Both the position numbers and the translations under genes were made by a program. A stretch of DNA of 64,000 bases from Bacillota bacterium. GTDB lineage: Bacteria; Bacillota; Clostridia; Peptostreptococcales; Anaerovoracaceae. The stretch is taken from NCBI GenBank assembly GCA_052034085.1, contig JBPOJA010000026.1, forward strand, positions 414 to 64,413, in the 5' to 3' direction. The notes below the pieces were generated by a model that was given only the letters and a program-made list of their open reading frames with translations, was not told the origin of the DNA and made no database searches. This document shows, in pieces, positions 35,777-44,189 of this stretch (position 1 is its first letter; every line of letters begins with the position of its first letter).

Positions 35777-36328
35777 TTAAAGATTCCCAAAGACAGACCA
35801 GGAGATGAGCACAAGGGCTCCCACCAGGCTGGCTATGGGGACACTGAGAGCATTTTTCCCGCCGGTTAGTTCCCGTATCGTAAACATCATGGGGCCTATT
35901 GCCCAGAGAACTCCGGTTACGCCAAAGGCAATGGAAGTTTTCCAGCCTAGGGCAAGTGAAAAAATAATTCCTAAAATTCCGTAAATCAAGGCGCCGCTGT
36001 AGCTTAAACAAAAAGCGGATACCGCCTCAAGAATGCTCTTGTCCGTTTTCGCGGCTTTTAATATGACCCAAACTACCACTCCAAGAATAGGAATGACAAC
36101 CAGTCCGTAGGCCAGCCCTGTTCCGGCTGAAAAAATCACAAAACCCGTGCCTTTCTGGCCCGTTTTGTAAAGATCCATGCCGGTTTGCAGGAAGAACAGC
36201 CCAAAGGCCACGGCGGAAACCGCCGCAGATAAGTACCATTTGTTGGCAAAGGCATCTTTGATTGCACCCGAAGGATTAATCATCATGCCAAAAATGGTTC
36301 TGACCAGGGATCGTTTCTCCTGTTCCAT
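35777..36328 (-). CDS. Yip1-domain-like membrane protein (183 aa)
   Basis: The N-terminus IFGMMINPSGAIKDAFANKWYLSAAVSAV is followed by 5 TM helices, a layout typical of bacterial YIP1-family proteins. The assignment is by resemblance. Confidence 0.5.
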   Translation of the reverse strand: MEQEKRSLVRTIFGMMINPSGAIKDAFANKWYLSAAVSAVAFGLFFLQTGMDLYKTGQKGTGFVIFSAGTGLAYGLVVIPILGVVVWVILKAAKTDKSILEAVSAFCLSYSGALIYGILGIIFSLALGWKTSIAFGVTGVLWAIGPMMFTIRELTGGKNALSVPIASLVGALVLISWSVFGNL

Positions 36329-36441
36329 TTCACACCTGCCTTTCTCAATTGTTAATTAAAAGATTTCGGGTTTTTGACTGTAAGTCTTTCGCTGATTTTT
36401 CGGCCTCACCCCTCAGTCTGAATAGTCTGATATTTATAGAA

Positions 36442-36469
36442 ATTATAACAATTTTAGGTGCATGTGTAA
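36442..36469 (-). promoter_or_regulatory. Sigma-A promoter of the 4-gene cluster
   Basis: The minus strand reads TTACAC-N16-TATAAT with an extended-10 TG (TGtTATAAT). It lies about 110 nt upstream of the Yip1-like start. Confidence 0.6.
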
Positions 36470-36487
36470 ATAAGAAAGTAGCGACTG

Positions 36488-36666
36488 TATGACGGTGGTA
36501 TGTATGACAGGGATGACAGTGGTGACAGTGGGACAGACCTTTTGACATGACAGACATGTATGACAGTGGGACAGACCTTTTGTCATATGACAGTGGGACA
36601 GACCTTTTGACATATGTCAAAAGGTCTGTCCCACTGTCATCATTTTGTCATCTGTCTCATTGTCTT
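36488..36666. repeat. GACAG palindromic element cluster, locus 1 (T/A variant)
   Basis: There are three direct copies of GACAGTGGGACAGACCTTTTG(A/T)CA plus one inverted copy. The last pair forms a 52-bp perfect palindrome at 36588-36639, centred on CATATG. The cluster is flanked by TGACAG/ATGACAG short repeats and begins about 3 nt after the stop at 36669. Confidence 0.9.
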
Positions 36667-36668
36667 CT

Positions 36669-37745
36669 CTACAGTTCGAGCTCCATAAATCTTGCCCCCG
36701 GGATGGGATTGTAGATGTAAGGCTCGATATCATAGAAGCCCAGGCTCTCATATAACTTCTGAGCTTTTTCCATGGTGGCCAGGGTGTCCAGCCTCATGTA
36801 CTTGTAGCCCTTTTTTCTAGCCTCATTTATGATGCGACGTGCAAGCTCGCTGCCGATATCAAGTCCGCCATAGGCATGGTCTACATAGAGCCTCTTCATT
36901 TCACAGATTGAATCCGGCTTCGCAGGATTATTGTCTGGCGGAATTCGACCGGTCGGATTGCTTATGGGACGCAGAGCCACGCAGCCTATTGCCGCAAGTT
37001 CGGCTGTGAATGAGAACTGGCCGTATAAAGAAGCTTCAGCAGGCGCCGGCGCATCTGCGTCAACGACTTGCGCAATTATGATGGCGCCGTCGGGCGAGGC
37101 ATAAGCCCCGGGCAATTCCGCCAGCTCCCGGGCAAAGCCCTGAAACTGCAAATCAATCCCGATATGTTTCTCATATTGTTTGAAAAGACGCCTCAGCTCT
37201 TCCAGCAAGTGCGGATTTTTTTCATCTTCTGCACCCAGCACTTTATATTCAACAACATAATCTCCGGCATAATGCACTTCTTTGGAGAAAAACATAGGGT
37301 CTGCATTTTTCAATTTAAGCAGATCTTCATATGCAAGCAACTTTAAGCCCCTGCTTTCAAGGAAATTTTGTACACCCGACCGGATTATCTCATGCTCCAA
37401 CAGAAAAGGTTCTTCCGAAACAATCAGATTTTGCCCCTTGCTCCCCTTAACGTATTTTAGAAAATCCAGATATGCCAGTTTTTCATCTTCTGAAATGTTT
37501 ACAACCATGTAAAATACATGGTTGCGGTCCGAGAAATCAGCGAACTCCTCCCCTCCAAAATCACCGTCAAAATCGCTCAGGCTCACATAAAAAGCCTTGT
37601 TTTGCGTCCGGTCAAAGTCGCTTAAATCCTCTACTTTCCGGCCGGGGAAAGCCGTTTGCAGTTCATGTTCCCAGTCCGTCATCTTTCCGTTTCCTTGATA
37701 TTTTCCTAAATATTTTTTTGCTGGAATTATTATAACATTTGTCAT
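36669..37745 (-). CDS. GNAT acetyltransferase domain fused to an uncharacterised ~170-aa N-terminal domain
   Basis: The C-terminal half carries GNAT motifs (RLYVDHAYGGLDIGSELARRIINEARKKGYKYMRLDT, LYESLGF). I do not recognise the N-terminal half. Confidence 0.65.
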   Translation of the reverse strand: MTNVIIIPAKKYLGKYQGNGKMTDWEHELQTAFPGRKVEDLSDFDRTQNKAFYVSLSDFDGDFGGEEFADFSDRNHVFYMVVNISEDEKLAYLDFLKYVKGSKGQNLIVSEEPFLLEHEIIRSGVQNFLESRGLKLLAYEDLLKLKNADPMFFSKEVHYAGDYVVEYKVLGAEDEKNPHLLEELRRLFKQYEKHIGIDLQFQGFARELAELPGAYASPDGAIIIAQVVDADAPAPAEASLYGQFSFTAELAAIGCVALRPISNPTGRIPPDNNPAKPDSICEMKRLYVDHAYGGLDIGSELARRIINEARKKGYKYMRLDTLATMEKAQKLYESLGFYDIEPYIYNPIPGARFMELEL

Positions 37746-37790
37746 GTTAAGTAGGAACAGGAATAGATGTTATCAGCTATTACACGAGGA

Positions 37791-38717
37791 TTATCGGTCA
37801 TTTTGAAAAAGGCCGCGCAATTGTGCATGGGCGGCGTCGAATTTTGCCGTTCTGATTTGAACCCGTCGCCCTATTCTTTTAGCAAGGTTGTGCGCAAAAT
37901 CCCTGCAGGCGTCCGGATTATGCAGCTGCAAGGTGCTTAAACTCATGGTGCCGATCCCCTGACTTTCCAGAATGACAGATCTCATTGCATCTTTTCCCTG
38001 CTCTGACGGACTGTTATGAAAAGCAAAACTGTCGTACTCTACGACCAGTTTTGCTTCCTTGTAATATAAATCGAGGAAACAGCGCTTCTGGCCCAGGCGC
38101 TGTTTCCCTTCGTCTCTCAACTTTATTTCATAGTTGAAAATCGGTTTTCCAAGGCCGTATCCTCCCAAGTGGTTGGGCAGCGACAGAACCATAAACGCAA
38201 AAGATTCCATTACGGAGGCTGAGCCGTTTTCGATGAATCGCAAGGCGTGAGCGGATTTCTGTACTCCACGAAGCCCGGGTGCCTTTTTTATGAAATTGCA
38301 TAATTTCTGTTTTGATGTGACAGCTTTTTGGGGCTGTCCCGGAGGGAATGAGCACATTTGCAGGCCAAGAAGAGTTAACTGATGAAGGTTCAATTCTGTA
38401 GCCAACTGCAGAAAAACCAGTTCCGGTGAAGCAATTTTCAAATTCGGCCGAGTATTTTCACTATCTGCTTCTGCGCCTATGACTTTTTTTACTGAGCTGC
38501 TGCTTAGTACGGCATTTGAAGGTAAGGGTGTTTGACATAAATGCGTAATCTGCCCGTGCCTGAAATTTCTTTCACCTCTTTTTAAATAAGTAATATGGGC
38601 CTTCTCTGACCTTTCATCCAAATTCATAAAAATTTGATCAAGATAAGAAATTTGCCAAATTCGCGCTGCCGTATAATGACTGATAAAGGATTTGCTGTTA
38701 TTCATATTCCGTATCAT
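37791..38717 (-). CDS. DUF559 / Vsr-like PD-(D/E)xK endonuclease-domain protein with AbiEi-like N-terminus
   Basis: 308 aa. The N-terminus ISHYTAARIW and the C-terminal block CFLDLYYKEAKLVVEYDSFAFH...R..D..R resemble DUF559 proteins. Confidence 0.55.
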   Translation of the reverse strand: MIRNMNNSKSFISHYTAARIWQISYLDQIFMNLDERSEKAHITYLKRGERNFRHGQITHLCQTPLPSNAVLSSSSVKKVIGAEADSENTRPNLKIASPELVFLQLATELNLHQLTLLGLQMCSFPPGQPQKAVTSKQKLCNFIKKAPGLRGVQKSAHALRFIENGSASVMESFAFMVLSLPNHLGGYGLGKPIFNYEIKLRDEGKQRLGQKRCFLDLYYKEAKLVVEYDSFAFHNSPSEQGKDAMRSVILESQGIGTMSLSTLQLHNPDACRDFAHNLAKRIGRRVQIRTAKFDAAHAQLRGLFQNDR

Positions 38718-38859
38718 AACTTAATTCAGTGTTAGTTGCAACCATATATTTCCATTATTGTTTGTCAATACCATTTATTATGCCAAAGTCAGCTTTTTCT
38801 GACCTCTGAACTTAACTGAAACCTTTCAGAAGTGGCCTCTTTGCAAAAGAGGCTTCATT

Positions 38860-39052
38860 ATTAAGCGAAAAAGGGAGAAGTGCTATGGAGAATTTGATAA
38901 ATCTGGGAGCGGCTGAGCGAAAAACGGAGAAGTGCTAGAGATTAAGTGGGCTGGCTCTCTATATTCTTTGGCACTTCTATGATTTTTGCTCAAAAACACC
39001 CAAAATCTTAAATTTGCCATAGCACTTCTCTTTTATTTGCTCAAATCCTGCC
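38860..39052. repeat. Four-module 52-bp-pitch repeat element, copy C (module 3 degenerate)
   Basis: The GAAGTGC core is at 38877 and 38929, and the GCACTTC core is at 38971 and 39022. Confidence 0.8.
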
Positions 39053-39111
39053 GATTTCCTGAAAGCCCATCTAATCTATCTATAAAAAGTATCAAGAGAA
39101 ATACAAAGAAA

Positions 39112-39207
39112 CAATCGGGGCCGACCGGCGGGCGGTGGCCCGGCATGTGTGCCGGCAGAGTTCCCGCCTTTTTGCGCTGTCTAGTGCCGTCTTGACGGCC
39201 CCGATTG
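39112..39207 (-). terminator. 96-nt nested palindrome downstream of ppdK
   Basis: The outer stem is CAATCGGGGCCG ... CGGCCCCGATTG (12 bp, perfect). The inner stems are GGCGGG...CCCGCC and CCGGCA-TGTG-TGCCGG. On the minus strand it is followed by the T-rich run TTTCTTTGTATTTCTCTT. Confidence 0.45.
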
Positions 39208-39292
39208 TCACATCTGAGTTTATTTGAGATTATTTGAGTTTATCTGAATTCATTTGAATTCTATGGTAGCGCAAGGGGCCTTGCGCATCTGC

Positions 39293-41947
39293 CTATTTCT
39301 GTCCCAGGCTTTTAACTCCAGTCAGTTCATGGAGTCTGGCCTGGGCGGCGGCGAGCCTGGCTATTGGTACTCTGAAGGGCGAGCAGGACACGTAGTCAAG
39401 GCCTGCAAAGTGGAAGAATTCCACAGATGCGGGGTCGCCGCCGTGTTCGCCGCAAACACCCAGGTGTAGGTCGGGATTGCCCTTCCTGCCTAATTCAACA
39501 GCCATTTCTACAAGCTTGCCGACACCGGTCTGGTCAAGCTTTGCAAAGGGATCGCTTTCATAAATCTTGTTGTCATAGTAGGCATCCAGGAAGGAGCCGG
39601 CGTCGTCACGGCTGAATCCAAAAGTCATCTGAGTCAGGTCGTTGGTGCCGAAGGAGAAGAAATCAGCCTCTTTGGCAACCTCGTCCGCAGTCAGGGCAGC
39701 CCTTGGAATTTCAAGCATTGTGCCCACCAGGTATTTCAGGTCAACACCGGAGTCTTTGATGATGGCGTCAGCGGTCTTTACAACGAAGCTCTTTACAAAA
39801 GCCAGTTCCTTGGCTTCGCCTACAAGAGGAATCATCAGTTCGGGAACCAAATCCCATTCGGGATGCTTTTTCTGAACATTGATGGCTGCCTCAATGATGG
39901 CCCTGGTCTGCATTTCTGCGATTTCAGGATAAGAAACCGACAGGCGGCAGCCTCTGTGGCCCATCATGGGATTGTATTCGTGCAGGGATGTGATTACCGC
40001 CTTGAGTTCGGTGATTTCCATTTTCATTTCTTTTGCCAGCTCGGCGATGTCATCCTCGTCAGTGGGCAGGAACTCGTGCAGGGGGGGATCCAGGAAACGG
40101 ATGGTTACCGGGAAGCCCTGCATGGCTTCGAATATGCCTTCAAAGTCTCCTCTTTGCATGGGCAGGAGCTTGTCCAGTGCGGTTCTTCTTTGTTCTTCAG
40201 TCTTGGAGACAATCATTTCGCGCATGGCGGAAATTCTGTCCGGCTCGAAGAACATGTGCTCGGTTCTGCAAAGGCCTATGCCTTCGGCACCGAATTTAAT
40301 GGCCTGGGCTGAGTCTGCAGGAGTATCGGCATTGGTCCTGACTTTAAGGGTTCTGATTTCGTCAGCCCAGTGCATGATCCTGTCAAAGTCACCGGAAATG
40401 GTGGCTTCCACTGTGGGAATCGCTTCGCCGTAAATTTTACCGGTGGAACCATCCAATGAAATCCAGTCGCCTTCCTTGTATTCTTTGCCGCCAAGGGTGA
40501 ATTTGCCGGCAGCTTCATCGATGTGAAGTTCACCGCAGCCTGCTACGCAGCAGGTTCCCATGCCCCTGGCAACTACCGCCGCATGGGAAGTCATGCCGCC
40601 TCTGGCAGTCAAAATTCCCTTGGAATGGTGCATACCTTCAATATCTTCCGGAGAGGTTTCAAGACGTACCAGAATAACATCCTTGCCGGCCCGGCCCCAT
40701 TCGGCAGCCTTGTCTGCGGTGAAGGCCACCTGTCCGGTTGCCGCTCCCGGTGAAGCAGGCAGACCTGAACCGATGGGAGTTGCTGCCTTGAGGGCGGCAG
40801 CGTCAAATTGTGGATGAAGCAGTGCATCCAGCTGCTTGGGATCAATCATGTTTACAGCTGTTTCCTTAGTAATCATGCCTTCGTCCACCAGGTCGCAGGC
40901 AACTTTAAGGGCCGCGGCCGCAGTTCTTTTGCCGCTTCTGGTCTGCAGCATGTAGAGCTTTCCGTCTTCAATGGTAAACTCCATGTCCTGCATATCTTTG
41001 TAGTGTTTTTCCAGCTTTTCCGCTATATCATGGAACTGCTGGTAGACATCTGGGTTAATCTCCTTTAGATAATCGATTGGGTTGGGAGTTCTGATGCCGG
41101 CCACCACGTCTTCACCCTGGGCATTCATCAGGAATTCACCGTAAAGCTTGTTTTCGCCGGTGGCCGGGTTTCTTGAGAAAGCGACACCGGTGCCGGATTT
41201 GTTGCCGGTATTTCCGAATACCATGGACTGGACATTAACAGCGGTGCCCCAGGATGAGGGAATATCGTTCATCCTTCTGTAATAGATGGCTCTGGGGTTG
41301 TCCCAGGAGCGGAATACGGCTTCAATGGCTCCGAAAAGCTGGACTTTCGGATCCTGAGGAAAGTCGTCTCCCACGGATTTTTTGTACTCCTCTTTGAACT
41401 GTTCAGCCAGGGCTTTCAGATCGCCGGCATCCAGGTCAATGTCGTCCTTCACGCCTTTTTCAGCTTTCATTGCGTCAATGAGTCTTTCGAAATGGGATTT
41501 GCCCACTTCCATTACGACGTCTGAATACATCTGAATAAACCTTCTGTAAGAGTCATATGCAAAACGGGGGTTGCCGGTTTTTTCCGCAAAACTTACAACC
41601 ACCTCGTCGTTTAAGCCCAGGTTTAAAATGGTGTCCATCATGCCGGGCATGGAGGCTCTGGCGCCGGAACGGACGGAAACCAGCAGGGGATTTTCAACGC
41701 TGGCGAATTTCTTGCCTGTGATTTCTTCTAGTTTTGTAATATGTTCCATAATTTCTGCCCGGATGGCGTCATTGATGACTTCGCCGTCCTCGTAATACTT
41801 GGTGCAGGCTTCCGTGGTAACGGTGAAGCCCTGGGGCACGGGCATGCCCAGGTTGGTCATTTCGGCCAGGTTTGCGCCCTTGCCGCCTAAGAGTTCCTTC
41901 ATGGAACCATTGCCTTCTTTGAACTGATAAACATACTTTACACTCAT
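39293..41947 (-). CDS. ppdK: Pyruvate, phosphate dikinase
   Basis: 884 aa. It contains LLGGKGANLAEM, GGMTSHAAVVARGMG (phospho-His) and a C-terminal PEP-utilising domain. Confidence 0.95.
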   Translation of the reverse strand: MSVKYVYQFKEGNGSMKELLGGKGANLAEMTNLGMPVPQGFTVTTEACTKYYEDGEVINDAIRAEIMEHITKLEEITGKKFASVENPLLVSVRSGARASMPGMMDTILNLGLNDEVVVSFAEKTGNPRFAYDSYRRFIQMYSDVVMEVGKSHFERLIDAMKAEKGVKDDIDLDAGDLKALAEQFKEEYKKSVGDDFPQDPKVQLFGAIEAVFRSWDNPRAIYYRRMNDIPSSWGTAVNVQSMVFGNTGNKSGTGVAFSRNPATGENKLYGEFLMNAQGEDVVAGIRTPNPIDYLKEINPDVYQQFHDIAEKLEKHYKDMQDMEFTIEDGKLYMLQTRSGKRTAAAALKVACDLVDEGMITKETAVNMIDPKQLDALLHPQFDAAALKAATPIGSGLPASPGAATGQVAFTADKAAEWGRAGKDVILVRLETSPEDIEGMHHSKGILTARGGMTSHAAVVARGMGTCCVAGCGELHIDEAAGKFTLGGKEYKEGDWISLDGSTGKIYGEAIPTVEATISGDFDRIMHWADEIRTLKVRTNADTPADSAQAIKFGAEGIGLCRTEHMFFEPDRISAMREMIVSKTEEQRRTALDKLLPMQRGDFEGIFEAMQGFPVTIRFLDPPLHEFLPTDEDDIAELAKEMKMEITELKAVITSLHEYNPMMGHRGCRLSVSYPEIAEMQTRAIIEAAINVQKKHPEWDLVPELMIPLVGEAKELAFVKSFVVKTADAIIKDSGVDLKYLVGTMLEIPRAALTADEVAKEADFFSFGTNDLTQMTFGFSRDDAGSFLDAYYDNKIYESDPFAKLDQTGVGKLVEMAVELGRKGNPDLHLGVCGEHGGDPASVEFFHFAGLDYVSCSPFRVPIARLAAAQARLHELTGVKSLGQK

Positions 41948-41978
41948 AATCTATTCTCCTTTTATTTATTTACTAATT

Positions 41979-42097
41979 ATATGACAGGGGGACATATGAC
42001 AGGGGGACAGCCCTTTTGACATATGGCATATGACAGGGGCATTCTAACGCCTGATGACAAAAGATGTCAAAAGGGCTGTCCCCCTGTCATCCTGTCA
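41979..42097. repeat. GACAG palindromic element, locus 2 (split arms)
   Basis: GACAGGGGGACAGCCCTTTTGACA at 41998-42021 and its exact inverse at 42065-42088, separated by 43 nt. Flanking ATGACAG/CTGTCAT repeats are present. The element abuts the glyQS TGA. Confidence 0.9.
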
Positions 42098-43501
42098 TCA
42101 AAACTCAAGTTTTTCCTCAATGTAATTTCGGACTTCTGATATTGGCAGGCGAACCTGTTCCATTGTATCACGGTCGCGGACGGTTACTGCCCCGTCGGCT
42201 TCCGTGTCGAAGTCAACAGTTATACAGAAGGGTGTGCCTATCTCATCCTGCCTTCTGTAGCGCTTTCCTATGCTGCCCGGCAGGTCATAATCCACCATGA
42301 AATACCTGGCCAGCTCTTCATGAAGAGCCGATGCCGCCTCGTGCTGCTTCTTGGTAAGCGGCAGTACGGCTGCCTTGAATGGCGCCAGGGCCGGATGGAA
42401 GCGCAGTACAACGCGGGTGTCTTCCTTGCCGTTTACGTCAAGCACGGTCTCCTCGTCGTAAGCATCGCACAGAAAAGCCAGAGTCATCCTGTCCAGGCCA
42501 AGCGACGGTTCGATGCAGTAGGGGATATATTTTTCATTGGTTTCGGGGTCCATATAGGTCATGTCCTGCCCCGAATGCTCCTGATGCTGCTTCAGGTCAA
42601 AGTCTGTCCTGTCAGCTATGCCCCAAAGCTCGCCCCAGCCAAAGGGGAACTTATACTCAAAGTCCGTGGTGGCCGCACTGTAATGGGAAAGCTCTTCCTG
42701 CTCATGATCCCTCAGTCTGATATTTTCCATTCTCATGCCCAGGGAGACAAGCCAGTTTTCACAGAAATCCCTCCAGTATTTGAACCATTCGAGATCTGTA
42801 CCGGGTTTACAGAAAAATTCCAGCTCCATCTGCTCGAATTCCCTTGTTCTGAATGTGAAATTTCCGGGAGTTATTTCGTTTCTGAAGGACTTGCCCACCT
42901 GGCCAATCCCAAAGGGGATCTTTTTTCTGGTGGTTCTGGCAACATTTTTAAAGTTGACGAAAATGCCCTGAGCGGTTTCGGGCCTTAAAAACAGCTCAGC
43001 CTGAGAATCCTCGGTAACACCCTGAAAGGTTTTGAACATAAGGTTGAACTTTCTGATTGCCGTATAATCGTGCTTGCCGCACACGGGACACGGCACCTCC
43101 TGCTCAGTCAGAAAATCCTGCAGTTTTTCGTTGGACCAGCCGTCCACGCTTATATTCATATTTTCTTTGGACTTTATGTAGTCTTCTGCCAACTTGTCGG
43201 CTCTGAACCTGGATTTGCAGCTTTTGCAGTCAATAAGAGGGTCCGAAAAACCTGCCACATGACCTGATGCCACCCAGGTTTTCGGGTTCATCAGAATGGC
43301 CGCATCCAGACCCACATTGTACTTGGATTCCTGAATAAATTTTTTCCACCAGGCTTTTTTTACATTGTTTTTCAGCTCCACTCCCACCGGGCCGTAATCC
43401 CATGTATTGGCCAGGCCACCGTAAATCTCGGATCCGGGAAATACAAAACCCCTGGACTTGGCCAGAGCCACGATCAGGTCCAAAGTAAAATCTTTACTCA
43501 T
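42098..43501 (-). CDS. glyQS: Glycine--tRNA ligase (homodimeric type)
   Basis: 467 aa. The opening [31 protein letters not shown] and the class-II motifs match. Confidence 0.95.
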   Translation of the reverse strand: MSKDFTLDLIVALAKSRGFVFPGSEIYGGLANTWDYGPVGVELKNNVKKAWWKKFIQESKYNVGLDAAILMNPKTWVASGHVAGFSDPLIDCKSCKSRFRADKLAEDYIKSKENMNISVDGWSNEKLQDFLTEQEVPCPVCGKHDYTAIRKFNLMFKTFQGVTEDSQAELFLRPETAQGIFVNFKNVARTTRKKIPFGIGQVGKSFRNEITPGNFTFRTREFEQMELEFFCKPGTDLEWFKYWRDFCENWLVSLGMRMENIRLRDHEQEELSHYSAATTDFEYKFPFGWGELWGIADRTDFDLKQHQEHSGQDMTYMDPETNEKYIPYCIEPSLGLDRMTLAFLCDAYDEETVLDVNGKEDTRVVLRFHPALAPFKAAVLPLTKKQHEAASALHEELARYFMVDYDLPGSIGKRYRRQDEIGTPFCITVDFDTEADGAVTVRDRDTMEQVRLPISEVRNYIEEKLEF

Positions 43502-43552
43502 ATTATCTTGTTTGCTCCAATCTCACTAATCTTTCCTGCCCTACCAGCTTTT

Positions 43553-44173
43553 CTAGTCTTCGGGCTTAAATTCATCTGCAACTTCTTCGACAAAATCCTC
43601 CACATCTTCCGCTACATCTGCGCCTTTTTTCTTTGCTTTATCGAAAGCGTCGGAGGCTTTGTCAAAAGCTTCGCTGGCTTTTGATTTGACACTTTCAAAG
43701 ACTTCGCCGCCCTTTTCCTTCATCTCATCGGCAATGATTGAACCTTTTTCAACTACTTCTTCGAAAGTATCCGTGGCCATTTCGCTTATATCGACAACCT
43801 CGCCACTATCCTTAACCAGCTCAACTGTGCACTTGGTTCCGAAGACAGCCACAACACCGGCCACCGCTGCCCATGGAGCCAGAACTGTTCCCACTATACC
43901 AACATTGACGGGCAGATTGAGCATGACATCGTCGCCTTTTCTGACCACTATTTTTGAAACATTGCCTTTTTTGATGGCGGCCTTAACTTTTTCAACTATT
44001 GCAGAACTATGTTCTCCAAGTTTGCTTCTGGATTTGATATCCATGGATTCCTCAATGGCTATGATGGCATCCACAACGCTGCCTTCAGCCGCTTCCAGAG
44101 CTTCCTTAGCTTCTTTGTAGCTGACTCCGGTTCTGTCTTTTACCAGTTCAATCTTTTCCAATGTAATCTCCAT
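43553..44173 (-). CDS. DUF4342-like protein with UBA/EF-Ts-N-like N-terminus
   Basis: 206 aa. The N-terminus is VKDRTGVSYKEAKEALEAAEGSVVDAIIAIE and the core is KIVVRKGDDVMLNLPVNVGIVG. Confidence 0.55.
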   Translation of the reverse strand: MEITLEKIELVKDRTGVSYKEAKEALEAAEGSVVDAIIAIEESMDIKSRSKLGEHSSAIVEKVKAAIKKGNVSKIVVRKGDDVMLNLPVNVGIVGTVLAPWAAVAGVVAVFGTKCTVELVKDSGEVVDISEMATDTFEEVVEKGSIIADEMKEKGGEVFESVKSKASEAFDKASDAFDKAKKKGADVAEDVEDFVEEVADEFKPED

Positions 44174-44189
44174 TGCTTTCTCTCCTCTC

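Noticed and set aside
42064-42300. ORFs beginning MSKGLSPCH / MTKGLSPCH (42064..42300+, 44984..45169+, N-terminus of 52624..53649-, and 36345..36620-) recur and could be mistaken for a small-protein family.
   Set aside because: The shared peptide is simply the translation of the GACAG palindromic DNA repeat (ATGTCAAAAGGGCTGTCCCCCTGTCAT). The rest of each ORF runs antisense through real genes (glyQS, era), or is an N-terminal over-extension of prmA, or lies wholly within the intergenic repeat cluster (36345..36620).
43502-43552. Looked for a T-box leader upstream of glyQS, which is common in Firmicutes.
   Set aside because: Only 51 nt separate glyQS from the upstream DUF4342 gene. There is no specifier-loop or T-box (AGGGTGGTACCGCG-like) sequence. 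glyQS appears to be co-transcribed with its upstream neighbours.
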